Assembly (NCBI RefSeq): GCF_026571515.1
Contig: NW_026853235.1
Coordinates: 124,001 to 188,000, forward strand
Origin: Ruditapes philippinarum
Lineage: Eukaryota
Direction of reading: 5' to 3'
DNA length: 64,000 bases
The position numbers and the translations under genes were made by a program. This document shows, one piece after another, positions 51,290-64,000 of the stretch (within the stretch, counting starts at the first letter, position 1; each line of letters begins with the position of its first letter). The notes below the pieces were generated by a model, which saw only the letters and a list, made by a program, of their open reading frames with translations, was not told the origin of the DNA and did no database searches.

Positions 51290-51538
51290 AAATGTTACTG
51301 TAGCTATTAACTTTCCTCAAACATTTAAATACGAATGATCAGGAAACGGAAGTAAAAGAAAGTAAACAACCCTTTACCTAACATGTCAAACGTTTAACCT
51401 GTATTGTATACACATACGTAATCGTAATATTATCCGCTAGGTCTTGTCTCATTAATGACGTAATAGTGTCGATCAAATTATGCAATCTGTCAATATGGCC
51501 GCCACAGGTCGTGGGGCGAAAGTAACGACTATACTACT
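51290..51538 (-). repeat. Right terminal inverted repeat of the Polinton
   Basis: Reverse complement aligns to 34157-34490; ends ACTACT followed by the TSD. Confidence 0.88.
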
Positions 51539-53534
51539 TACATTTATCCGGAAAAAAATATGTTCAGTCCCGTCAAAAATCTTCATTGGAGTCCCTTTAA
51601 TCTTAAATCGATTTCGTTTTAAATCTAAATCTAAATCATTACTTCTTAAGTTACTTGCAATACAACTTTAAAATGATTAATAATTTGCAAACAAATTGGG
51701 GCTGCCGCGATAGGAGGTTTTATTTCTAAATTGGTTCATGCAAAACATGATAAGATCATCAAGAGATACATTCAGACTAATTTTCATAATATGTTTCTTA
51801 CCTTCCAACACTGATAAAAGAATAAAGTTATACCTTTTTTTCCTTCACTAATGTCATAACGTTGTGTTCCTAATGATCTATATCATCCATTAAATACATG
51901 TAATAAATTCAACACAACAATGGTTTTAATCCCATTTTTGACAATTTAAAACAGGTGACATTTCGGCAATTTATTATGTCTTAAACAAAGGACACAAACA
52001 TATAATTATATTGTTACAGAAATAGACAACATTAAAAAATACGTTTTCCAATTAATTGCAATGATCATGTTAAATAAAATGATATTGTTTTACCCTGTCC
52101 GTCCCAAGATTAGTAAGATATTGACAGTGATTTTCTCAATATTTTAAGAATGGTAATAAGGATAGCGTTACCATTTCTCATAATTTGTCGCTTGTTCTTT
52201 CTACAATAAATGTCTCATCTATGAAGTAAAAATATGCTTATATGTTTCGGACATAGTGTTAAAAAAGTACTTAAACATTCTACTGTCCGTCAGACACCAT
52301 TCATCACTACATTTGCATGCAGAACAATATAATCACTAACAAAGATAGTTATTGGTGTAATCAAATGAGAGTGCCGCTATACAAATTTAATAGTTTACTA
52401 TGTCAGTACTTAGGACGGTTGCGTATATCTGCCATTCCCGCTATATCGATTTTTCTTGAACCGTATATGTCTATAGCAAAATATCTACTCATGTGAACAA
52501 AAGGGTATTTTCACTAAATGCATTTAAGTTGCATTCCTATACTCAAGTATTCTACTAACTTAATACGCAGGGGAAATATAGATTGTGTATAAAGTAATGA
52601 AGATGTTATTTATTTTACCAACTGCCTTTTGTGAATTACTTCGTACTTTTTTGCTGCATACTGCATTGCATTTGCTTTGCCTTAATTAATATAACAAATA
52701 TGTTTCAAAATAAAAGAAATGAAGATCCCTCAAGAGTAATTATAATACGAAAATACCGATTAATATTTAGCTACATATTTTACCCTTTAATTACGTACAA
52801 TATTAAAGGATTTTTAATACTTGCAACAATATATTCACGCTGAAGAAAATGCGTTTATTATTGCTGTCGTTATATCACGAACAAAAGGTGAAATAGCACA
52901 ATTTTAGTATAAAAGGATGTTTTTTTATTCCTTTTTTCCGAACATTTGTACTGATTTGAAGCTGATGTGTTGGTTCTACAAACCGAACTGTCAAAATGTG
53001 TTGCTGATTACGTCTTGATATAACAAATACAATATAGCATATTAATTATTATGATAATTAGTGAATGTAACTATGCTGAGTCTATAATACCCTAATCTTA
53101 TAAAAAAAAAGATTAATACGCTTAAAGTATAAATTTTCTATAGAGTTTTTGCTATTTATACATGTTTAATTAATTGACTATCTGAAATTAAATTATATAA
53201 GTCTTCACAACCCTTTATGTATTAAAATATAAATATTAGGAAGATCAATTCAGTGTAACTTAGTTACCCTTTTTTATCATTTTACTGTGTTTATTGTTTA
53301 TTTGTTTGTTTGTGTGTGTGTTTTTTGGACGCTAGGATTGAGTACAATATCTTTCGAACACTTTTTTATTTAAGTTTTAAAAAGGTAAATATTTCTTTGT
53401 TTTCAAATGCATACTCTAAAATGTTTACGTGATTTATAAACTTATATGAACGTCATAATTTACTTTTTATCAATTATGTGTTTCCTTAAACTATTTTTTT
53501 TTAAATTGTTTTTAAACTTTGATCGTATGTTTAA

Positions 53535-54017
53535 AGGGTTATTCAGGCAAAATAATGACAAAAATATTAAAATGATCTTATGTACTCAAATCACGCTAAA
53601 ATGCCTTTTCTGGAAGTTTCAGCCTGAATTTCTGTTTAAGTTCTATATATGTTGGGTTTGAAGCGTAAATATATCTATATATAATGAACAAAATTTAGAC
53701 GTCAATAGAATCACCAAATAGTTTTTAAACAAGTCAGTTGACTTGAACAAACCCTTGCAGTTACAGATATTGTGGATATTGTATGATTGAAGCAAGCCTA
53801 AGTCATTCATTTCCAGAGTTCACTTTGACAACTATTGTGAAATGCTAGCGCTCTAACCTGACCCACGCGGGTCAAGTTAGGAAACCACCATTTTATTCTT
53901 TATATTGAGAAAAGTTTTGTTCCTTTGACTGTCTAAAGTATTCATTTTGAGTGCATTTCCAGAGTAATGAATGAAAAATTCAAAACTAAGAAATTAAAAT
54001 TTTGCCTGTGTCTCCCT
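53535..54017. mobile_element. TTAA-flanked MITE (Kolobok-like termini)
   Basis: TTAA|AGGGTTATTCAGGCAAAAT versus reverse complement of the right end TTAA|AGGGAGACACAGGCAAAAT. Confidence 0.65.
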
Positions 54018-54816
54018 TTAACATTAAACAAATGGATAAGGTTTGTTATAGAATAACATGTTGTTCAACATTATGTATTCACCTTGACAAAAACATTTAA
54101 GGATATGTTCACTTGTGATGTCATTAAAATAGGATTAACGACACGTAGCATATTGTGTTTCTATACAAGTATATGTAATGTTTTACCCAGAAATAATGTG
54201 CTGGAACGAATAAAAAATGTGTATAAAATGCTACTAACATGTGAAAGTAAAAAATGTACAAACGGATTTAAACTATAATCATGTGCTGATATTATGTTTA
54301 ATACCCACGATTCTGAACTGATTTTATACAGTCATGTTACTTTACCTGAATAACTACGTCATGAAATTCATAAAACCCTGTGATGATTTTGTTACCACAT
54401 TGTATTCATTGAATTTGTGTTATTGTTACAAATTGTATCAGATACAGTGATTAATATACAAATCTGATTATTGGTCGGCTTGTGCTTGGAAGTAACAAGC
54501 TTTACTATTTTTTGTTTCAAACACTTGTGACCGGAAAGAAAAAAAAATGTAATTTTATCACTAGACATGTTTATGTGTCTTAATGTGTTTTGAGATGTGT
54601 TGTTAAATAACATGAATATTTTCTTGCATTTCTGCATTGCAAGTCTTGTCAAATTGATCGTTTCTTTTTGATATTTGTTGTCTTTTTTGCTGGAATCATC
54701 GTGTTGACATTGTAAATAATGAATGAAAATCTAATGTAAATCTATACCGCATTGACAATGTAAGAATCACGTGAAAGGCCATTCAACACATAGACTGGCA
54801 TTTCACTTTCTGTCAA

Positions 54817-56931
54817 CCCTTTCTCTCAGAGCATATTGTGAAAAATGGCCGTGTTCACTGAAAAGCCTCCTGTTACAAGTTCAAACTGCTATGAAACTAT
54901 GAAAAATGCTTCAATACTAATCAAACTTGGCACAAATGTTGACTGGCCATTGCCTTTGTAACGACATGCTCAGTCTTAAATTTCCTGTTACCATGACAAC
55001 GAGGGGACATCTCAAAATTGCCAAAAATCACTATTTTGCCTCGATTTTTTTCCATCAAAATTTATTTCAAAGTGCTGCAACTTCTCAAGGGATTGAGATA
55101 GAGTCAAAGGCTTTTCAGCGTTGGTTACACGTTACCTTATGGTCGACTTGGGGTCATTTTTAGCCTTTCACAAGTCCATAATTTTCTTGGCGATGAGGGG
55201 GAATCCGCCCCCCTTCAAACCCCGCAAACAGAAGGGGGCACATCCCTCGTCTGGCAACCCTCTGATGTATCTTTTGGATGGGTCGCCGCGCCGAATAGGT
55301 GCTCACTTTTTTAGCAACCTTTGTCAAACGAAAACATGACTGTGTTCGGGGCCCAAATCGTACATTTTTTCACTATTTCAGGCCTAAAAAAAGGCGGGAG
55401 GTCGAAAGTGCGTTGTTTCGCGTATATATGAGTAAAGGGTTAACAAAAAAAGATGAAAAACTTTGGAATCACCCAGAATCTAGTTTTTCCATGTTAACAT
55501 GTGGTCTGTCACCTAATTTTGGTGAAAAATTGTTGTTTTGAAACATTTATATTTTTATAGTTAACCCTTTCCCTCATCAGCATATTGTGAAAAATGGCCG
55601 TTTTCACTGAAAAGCCTCCTGTTACAATTTCAAACTGCTATGAAACTATGAAAAATGCTTCAATACTAATCAAACTTGGCACAAATGTTGACTGGCCATT
55701 GCCTTTGTAACGACATGCTCAGTCTTAAATTTCCTGTTAGAATGGCAACGAGGGGACATCTCAAAATTGCCAAAAATCACTATTTTGCCACGATTTTTTT
55801 CCATCAAAATTTATTCCAAAGTGCTGCAACTTCTCAAGGGATTGAGATAGAGTCAAAAGCTTTTCAGGGTTTGTTACACGTTACCTAATGATCGACCAGG
55901 GGACATTTTTAGCCTCTCACAAGTTCAAAATTTTCTTGGCGATGAGGGGGACTCCTCCCCCATTCAAATCCCAAACAGAAGGGGGCACATCCCTCTTCTG
56001 GAAACCCTCTGATGTATCTTTTGGATGGGGGCGGCGCCGAAAAAGTGCTTACTTTTTTAGCAACATTTCTCAAACGAAAACATGTGTTTGGGGCCCAAAT
56101 AGGACTTTTCTTCACTATTTCAGGCCTAAAAGGGGGGGGGGGTCGAAAGTGCGTTGTTTCGCGTATATATGAGGTAAAGGGTTAACAAAAAATGACGAAA
56201 AACTTTGGAATCACCCAGAATCTAGGTTTTCCATGTTAACATGTGGTCTGTCACCTAATTTTGGTGAAAAATTGTTGTTTTAAAACATTTATAATTTTTA
56301 TAGTTAACCCTTTCCCTCATCAGCATATTGTGAAAAATGGCCGTTTTCACTGAAAAGCCTCCTGTTTCAAGTTCAAACTGCTATGAAACTATGAAAAATG
56401 CTTTAATACTAATCAAACTTGGCACAAATATTGACTGGACCATTGCCTTTGTAACGACATGCTCAGTCTTTAATTTCCTGTTACCATGGCAACGAGGGGA
56501 CATCTCAAAATTGCCAAAAATCACTATTTTTGCCTCGATTTTTTTCCATCAAAATTTATTTTAACGTGCTGCAACTTTTCAAGGGATTGAGATAGAGTCA
56601 AAGGCTTTTCAGCGTTGGTTACACGTTACCTTATGATCGATCTGGGGTCATTTTTAGCCTCTCACAAGTCCAAAATTTCTTGGCGATGAGGGTGAATCCG
56701 CCCCCCTTCAAACCCCAAAAACAGAAGGGGGCACATGCCCTATCTGGCAACCCCCTGATGTATCTTTTAGATGGGATGGGGGCGGCGCCGAAAATGTGCT
56801 CCATTTTTTAGCAACATTTCTCAAACGACAACATGTGTTTTGGGCCCAAATAGGACATTTTTTCACTATTTTAGGCCTAAAAAGGGGCGCGGTGGAAAGT
56901 GCGTTGTTTCGCGTATATATGAGGTAAAGGG
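54817..56931. repeat. Tandem array of three piggyBac-like MITEs (54817-55439, 55565-56181, 56308-56931) with a shared spacer of about 125 bp
   Basis: Units read (TTAA)CCCTTTCCCTCAT...ATGAGGTAAAGGG(TTAA), with the first unit slightly degenerate at both ends. Period 748 and 743 bp. Confidence 0.88.
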
Positions 56932-57081
56932 TTAAAGGAACTCAAAGTTATCTTATTCGAATAAATGTATAAAAGTGTAACTTTAGCATATTGGGTATTC
57001 CGTCATTGTCAAATTAATCATATATATTTTTATGATTCAAATGAATGACCAAAAAGTGTAGAAATACAAGAGGAATTTAAT

Positions 57082-58920
57082 TATGTTCAGCAGGTAGGAT
57101 AGAATCACCCAGTTCCAGCAAAATGTATGTCAAAAGGTATAGGTCTAACACTAAATCAGGTTTTTTGAGCCATCCTTTTCAGGTTTGCCCACTGTTCACT
57201 ACACGTTGACCGTATCTCAGAGTTTATTGTTTTTTTTTCTGAATTTCAGTTTCCATGAATTTGTCACTTGCAAGGTTTAAGAAATAAATATCAAGTTTGT
57301 TTGTGCTGTTAAAGAAACATGCAGAAATCGAGTTCAAAAGCATAGGAATATAATCTTAAAGCCCGATAGGCTTAATAAAAATAGAGCAAAGCATTTGAAG
57401 ATAAAACATGCATTGTTTTACTAAAATGCACACAAAATGAATATCGCTTTTCAGTCTAACATACTTATTAGAATCATAAATATATTATAGCTATAATAAA
57501 AATCACATGATAGCTATTTATTTTAGAATAATTCACTTCGCTATTGCTTATCATCTAATACTAGGCTATCAAGCATTTAATAGTTTTCTCCTGTTGTAAA
57601 TATCACGAGTTTCTTTCTGTTTTATGCTTATCTTTCCACATTTTTATACCGAACTTAAAAGGTAATTAATGTATTGTTACTCATATATCATTATTCTTCT
57701 GTAAAACATTACTATGTTTAACAAAATATTAAGAGTTCAATACAGAAATGTTTTTAGTCGCACATACTTGTAAAACTGTAGTAAATGATAATCCAACGAA
57801 TAAGTTCTCATTAACAGAAATTTATATTTGCAACATTTGCAGCTATTTTAGTAATACTTAAAATAGTAGGTTGGGTGTCTCGTTTCTATCAGTCTTTACC
57901 TGTTTTATTTTATCTTTTATTCGTTCTACATTAAACAGGTTAAGAAAGTCAAATACGGTGTGGGGAGGGTCATTTGATAATTTCGAATGAAAGGATGCAT
58001 AAGCTCTATTCTTGCATCTTGCTCAGATTTTTTTTCGTATACAAAAACTGGATAACATTTTCCTGTGCAAGTGGAATGTTATTTGATAATTTTAATTTGA
58101 TAATGAAATAACCGGGATCATCACTCTAGCTACCTATTTAAAACGTAAAATATCAGGCGTGCTCAAATGATTTTATGCGGTAATGCATTTCTTTTACCCC
58201 TAATATCTATACTTGCTTTAGTTGTACGACTTCTCTCACGCTAACAATAATAACGAAGTAGTAGATCAAGATGAAGGGTGTAACCATGCTCACGGTAACT
58301 GAATTTAGGTAATATTGAGTAAAATAGCTTTGAGTAGAATTATGTCGATGCAAATCACAAGTATCTTATCTAACAGTATTAACCGTATGTAGATTATAGT
58401 GCATGTCTGTTATTTATTATACGTATAGATCTACTTAACCCAAATAAATAAACACACAAACAATATACTTCCCTACTGCCATGATCGATGTGTTTGAATT
58501 TAAAAATATATATGTAATTCGATAATTATTCTTATCATTCTTTATTTTGTTACTTTTCAGATACGAAAATAAGTAAGTATAATTTTAACATTTCTTTTAC
58601 TTAAATAAACAAATCAGTAAGATGCCTGTTAAATTGCTTTATATATAAAAACATATTTAAATGATATAATGTACTAGACAAATGGTCAAGAGATTTTTAT
58701 GGTTATGTAATAATTTGCAAACGAATTTGGGCTGCCGAAAAAAGAGGTTTTATTTATATATTGATTTATGCATAACATGATACATTCATTAAGAGATACA
58801 TTCAGACTAAATTTCATAAGTGTTATGTGTTTCTTAAATTTAACACTGATAAAAAATAAATTATGATTTGTTAAAAATGATCATTTCCGCCACTGATGTC
58901 ATAGCATTATGTTCCTCATT
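57082..58920 (+). repeat. Copy 2 of the local duplication, lacking the insertions seen in copy 1
   Basis: Reads ...GGTTATGT|AATAATTTGCAAAC contiguously at about 58708, whereas copy 1 is split between about 33358 and 51679. Confidence 0.88.
58561..58572 (+). CDS. Candidate 12-nt micro-exon; paralog of 32902-32910
   Basis: tacttttcAG|ATACGAAAATAA|GTAAGT; multiple of 3 and stop-free in phase 2. Confidence 0.4.
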   Translation: MRK

Positions 58921-60939
58921 ACTTGTTTATACAAGCATTATTTTAGATTATTCATGTGAGAGACATAAAAAAACTTCAATTCCAATCACATTTTCCGTAT
59001 TACATGTATTGCAGTATTCGACATCATTATCTAAACTCGTGTATACATAATACCAAACTATGATATTAAATTAAAGTGAATAATTATTACATACTCGTTA
59101 TCCTAACTTCTCCAATTGCTGTAAATTAAATTGGCCATTATTTAAACTTTATAATATATTTGTATATCAATAAGTCACAACATAAATATTCCAGTAATGA
59201 CTTTAAGGTCATTGGCCAACGTGTTCACGTTCCAATTTTAGTATTAAATAATGTAACAAAATCATAAATAAGTTTATCTTTCACAATGTACGCGTAACTG
59301 CCTTAGAACAACGCTTACAAAGTCCAGAATCACACACATATTAGTTGCTGCCTGTTTTTCAAGTTCGACCTCAAACAGGAAACGATGTAAATTAATATCC
59401 TTTTGTAATATATTTATTCGTCTTAAAAAGGTAAAGGAAATCCCTGATGATGATTCATTTTTTATCATCGTTGAATCTGGTTTCAACATAGTTTGCATTT
59501 TTCATTTACAAGAAGCAGCAAAACATTTGATGAATTAAAGCGACTATTTTCTTGAATATTCACGCTCATGTAGCAAGCAGGACGTTGTGAAAATTAATAA
59601 ATTATCATAAGAAAACAAATATGATCGATTATGTTTTTGATTGGATGCTTATCTTAATGCTACTGACAGTACCAGAATCATTATGCAATAAGGTTGGACG
59701 AAAGTGTTTAATGCAGTTCTAATTTTCTAATAACCAAAATGTAGCATTTATCATTCAGATCTAATTCTATACTTGATTGGGTCGTAGTAGACATGAATGA
59801 CTGGTCTGATTTACTCCTACAGAATGTTGTATTCACAAATTGTTAAACATAATCAGGAGGATCTTCTTAGATATCGAATAGAACACACTATGGAAAAATA
59901 TGGAAAAAAAAGACATGTACATTTATAGAACATTTTTTTAAATTTAACGTATCTAGTCATCTGGCTTACATTTACTATGTTTACTAATGTCAGTTATATA
60001 AAATGTTGTTGCTCATTAAGAGTTTTATAACAATTAAGATATATCATTTTATATTTCATCGACGAATGTTGCTATAATGCTGACAATGATGTCCCACAAT
60101 GTTATGTGTCTAAGACGTGTATTTTATAAATTAAATATTAACTTGAAGATATAAAACATTAAAAGATGTGTTTTACTAACTGTTACTTAATCGGGGAAAC
60201 AAACAGAATAAATATTAGCGATTTATAGTTTAAAATAAAGCTAACATCATGCTTCGGATTAACTTTTCTGCTGTATGCCTCCATATGAGCTTAATATATT
60301 AGGAATAATAAAAACATTGAAGCACTAAGTTATTTTTTTACAATTAATGAGTTTATTCACAATATTTCTTCTGCGTTATTAACGCAGTTACCGAATTGCA
60401 ATTACCTTTCACATAACTTGATTGATCACTTCACAATATCTTACTTTAAATTTTCAAAATGTTAATGAAAATTAGCATGAATCTGAAGGCATTGATATTT
60501 GTTGTACATCTGGTATTTTACTACTTTGGCTCTCTATTTTATAAATAATTTCGTAATTAAAGTTGAAATTTTCAGAGTAAATCACATCTATTTTGACAGG
60601 AACAGTTCGATTTAATTTATGAATTAGGAATAATCAATTCATACGGTTTAACGGCATTGTGCTTGCTTAATAATATTCAAGGAATTAAACAAGTGGCTAA
60701 TTTGAGAAGAATATATCAAGAAATGCAATAGAAAATAACTTAATCAAAGAACATGTTGTTCATACTACTGACATATTCAAAGCCACGAATGATTTCATTT
60801 CTACCCAATGCCACTGGTTTTATCATGTCATCTATTTGAGCATCTTATATCTCGAGAACAGTATAAAAAAAATTAAGTGCCGTCATCTAGGCTGACCAGC
60901 ATTAGTACGATCCATATATTGCTCCGAAATAGAAATCTA

Positions 60940-61480
60940 AATGCGACATTTAGTCACCGCACTGTCTTATTATTTCTGTCATACGGAAAACATAGTGTCG
61001 ATGCATTTATGACGCAATTAACATTTGTTGTATAATTTTAAAGCTTTCAATATATACAGGTTCTTTATTTTCACCAAAGGACGCCATTAAAGCTTTATGG
61101 TATTTTGGTTTTAAAAAATAACGAATGAATTATTGTCAGTATATAATATTGTGTAATTTTCAATATGATGTCATATATTTGGAGAAAAAAATGTAATTCA
61201 ATAAAGGTATAGTATTGCAAAGAATAAATGTGACATGCAGTCACCGCACTCGTAATAGAAGTCCGTAGTATCGATGCATTCGATGACGAAATAAATATCT
61301 TGTTTTGTATTATTTAAAAGCTTTTATGCCAGATCCTTGCAAAATGTCCAAGCTGAAAATGTATGCTGAAAATACTGATACAATTACTTCAATAATGGTT
61401 TTAACCAAAGGACACCATCAAAGCATTACGTTGTTTTGTAAAACGATAAAGAGAAAGTTATTGTCACTAGATACTACAAT
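60940..61480. repeat. Old degenerate tandem duplication (about 290-310-bp period)
   Basis: AGTCACCGCACT, TCGATGCATT, AAAGCTTT and ACCAAAGGAC each occur twice in the same order. Confidence 0.6.
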
Positions 61481-62059
61481 GACAATTTAAGAAAAATATA
61501 AAACACTCATTATAAAAATTTACTTTTTCTTTGAAGAAAGAAATTGAAACAAATGACGGTTAAATGTTGCAACAGTAGCACATTTTAATATTAATTATTG
61601 AGGCGATTATGTCATTCCTAAATATCATAAGTTAAAGGAGATAGAAGCCTCATAGCAAAATATAATATAAGTTAACTATTTCTAGAAACTAAAATTAGAT
61701 CACTTTATAATATATTGTGAAAGAAAAGATGAAGTATTGGTATAACAAAATGCAACTATTATTTAAACATGATAATGAAGAGCACGACACACATCACATT
61801 TTAATAACTCGTGAAACAGTCAAGCAATGTTTTGTATCAAAGACATTGAAATTATAAATGTAAAGGGGGTTCTATATTTTTAAGAGTAAACGTTAATTGT
61901 AATTTCATTTTTTGATTACGAAAATCGGATAAGTAATTCAAATCACTTGTAATTTTAAATGAAAATAGAAAAACGAAATCAAATACTGAGAAAATGATTT
62001 GATTTATTTTTACTTATACCTATATCGTTAAAGAAAAACTTTAATATGATGATGTTATA

Positions 62060-62810
62060 CGAGGGCTGCTCAAAAGTTCATGGACTGCGGCTCTGTTGTT
62101 CACATTTTTTTAATTTTCGTACACGATTTTACAAAAGACAAATAATGGAACATGTTCTTAACATGCAGTGAAGAAATCAACACAATATGTTTACAAATAA
62201 CAATTCTGTGAAAATTACAAATAACAAGGGGTACGCGATCCGGTGCACGCTAATGGTAAAACAAACAAAATGAGGATCGTGACGTGAAAATTTAAATTAA
62301 AAATGTCACCCGCGTCATTGCTTCTGAAAGTAAATTTTCGAGTGTTCAAAGTCTCCCAATCATATAACGATAACCATTTTTTCTGTGTGTTATGAGAAGC
62401 AAGAAAGAAAACGGTCACCTTTTCGGTCCATTTTTCGTATAAGGGCCTCGAGAGCCGACCAGTTTTAGCTCTTTATTTCAATTTTTGTAGTAATCTCGGC
62501 ACTTAACGGACAGTGTTATCAAGTTGATACATTTATTAATTGGTGGTTTATAATATCTAAAATATTCTTGAAATTTAATTATTTGGTCACAATTGCATGT
62601 GTAGACCTAATGCAGAAATTAAACATGCCGGACAGCCCGCAAACCTTTCATACTGTACATCCTCCTGTAGAACTTTTGCAATTGACGTTACAAACGTCCT
62701 GACAATTCGCCACTTTCTCCCTTGCCCCTTTCTGTCTTTGGTCATGTATTTGCCGTTTTTGAATCGCTTGCGCCAGTAGAAACTGATTTTTGATAGATAT
62801 TTTGTCACGT
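62060..62810 (-). mobile_element. Mariner-family transposon fossil
   Basis: TA|CGAGGGCTGCTCAAAAGTT mariner-type TIR at 62058. Minus-strand remnants in the right order: YWRKRFKNG...D...GR, (W>stop)VPRLL, and IT..KKWLSLYDWET (degenerate TGDEKW..YDPET). Confidence 0.65.
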
Positions 62811-62928
62811 GATCTTAAAGTATGAAGACATGGGTTTTACAGTCAGTAATTTTTGTAAAATAAAATGCAAATTAAAAGTTGTATGGACTTAATTTTTGAT
62901 GGATTAGTATGATATTGTGTTGTTTCAC

Positions 62929-64000
62929 ATGCCGCTGAAAGGAAAGCAACAAAATAAAAAGGAAAATAGAAAAAATAAATGTAAAGAGATTTCACCTTTG
63001 TTAGAACAGACATGTACACATAACACAGAGCGTGTAGACAATGGACAAACCGGTTTTGCCAGTTTACCTACCAGTTTACTTGTGTTAACTAACAGAGATA
63101 GTTATGACGTAAACAATCAAAACAAAAGAAAGAAACAACATAGTGACACATTTGTATGCGATACACCAACAGTAAGTAAAATAAATAGTGAAATGAGTAC
63201 TAATGGAACTTTTCAACAATCATTTACTGGCCAATTATTGCAGTCACCTCAGTATCAGTATAATCAACAATATCTTGGTCCACTACCGCCAGGTACACCG
63301 ATGATGAATCAAGGTACAAATCAAACTCCACCATGGGTATAGCTATGATGGAAACTATGAACTCCCGTCTTGATAAGATCGACTCCCGACTTGATAAAAT
63401 TTACAATATTGAAAAAGTAGTAAACTCAATGTGTTTGAAGCTCAATGATCTAGATATTAAGATAAAAAGTATAGAGTCGCGAGTTTGCGATGTAGAAAAC
63501 AACAGTACATTTATTAGTGAAAAGTATGATAAGCATTATCAGCTAACAGAATTAGCGTCAACTAAAGATAGTGTAAAGACCATGCAAAAATCATGTGACA
63601 CGTTAAATTCTACAATCAAAACATTACGTGAAACCCAGGAAGAACTTAGAACACGCATCTTGGACAACGAATTTAGAAATATGAAGGACAATCTAATATT
63701 TTATGGCTTACCGGAAGTACATACCACATCACCGGAAGCAGCCATGTTATTAACAAGTACCTCTACAAGTAACACTGACCAAAATATTAATGTTCCGCCA
63801 CAAACATATGATACAGCAACAGACCCTAATTCATGTGCCTCTATTGTAAAAGAATTTATTAAAAATATATTAAAAATCAGTACTGAGAAAGAGTTTGATA
63901 GAGCCCATCGCCTTGGTACACTAACCAAACCCGAAAATCTAAGACCGATTGTTGTGAAATTTCACAAGTATAGTCACAGAGAAATAGTAAGTAATACAGC
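62929..64000 (+). pseudogene. ORF1 of a non-LTR retrotransposon (coiled coil plus L1/Tnp22-type RRM), frameshift at about 63340, runs off the window
   Basis: The frame from 63345 is open to the window end: heptad region, RNMKDNLIFYGLPE, FDRAHRLG, RPIVVKFHKYSHRE. Confidence 0.8.

Larger units (their letters stand above)
34157..51538. mobile_element. Maverick/Polinton (endogenous adintovirus-like element), 17,382 bp, full length but decayed
   Basis: Termini AGTAGTATAGTCGTTACTTT... and ...AAAGTAACGACTATACTACT. TSD TACATT at 34151-34156 and 51539-51544. Encodes pPolB, ATPase, protease, MCP, mCP and integrase. Confidence 0.97.
33884..51596. mobile_element. About 325-bp TTAA-flanked MITE (Kolobok-like termini), split by the Polinton insertion
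   Basis: TTAA|AGGGACTCCA at 33880-33893 and TGGAGTCCCT|TTAA at 51587-51600. Confidence 0.7.

Overview
AT-rich eukaryotic genomic DNA from an animal. A bivalve mollusc is my inference from the B-box gene type and the MITE families. The centrepiece is a full-length but decayed 17.4-kb Maverick/Polinton (endogenous adintovirus-like element, 34157-51538) with AGTAGT...ACTACT termini, terminal inverted repeats and a perfect 6-bp TSD (TACATT). It carries the canonical core: protein-primed PolB, packaging ATPase, adenain-like protease, major and minor capsid proteins and a chromodomain integrase. It also carries an unusual accessory set: an intronless minimal TATA-binding protein (TBP) homolog inside the capsid cluster, a tandem double-PC4 protein, a single-BIR IAP-like protein, a spliced SprT-like metalloprotease and a 103-bp palindrome-bearing tandem array. 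Together these suggest a transposon/virus-encoded transcription and host-control module. The element sits inside a small TTAA-flanked MITE, apparently within an intron of a host B-box/coiled-coil/SPRY (TRIM-like) gene that seems to use duplicated 9- and 12-nt micro-exons. The rest of the window holds a decayed BEL/Pao LTR retrotransposon (1-6925), a 5'-truncated RTE-X-like LINE, minisatellites, several MITEs, a piggyBac-MITE-derived tandem array, a mariner fossil, a LINE ORF1 at the right edge and one assembly gap. All calls come from manual reading and motif recognition; no searches were run.
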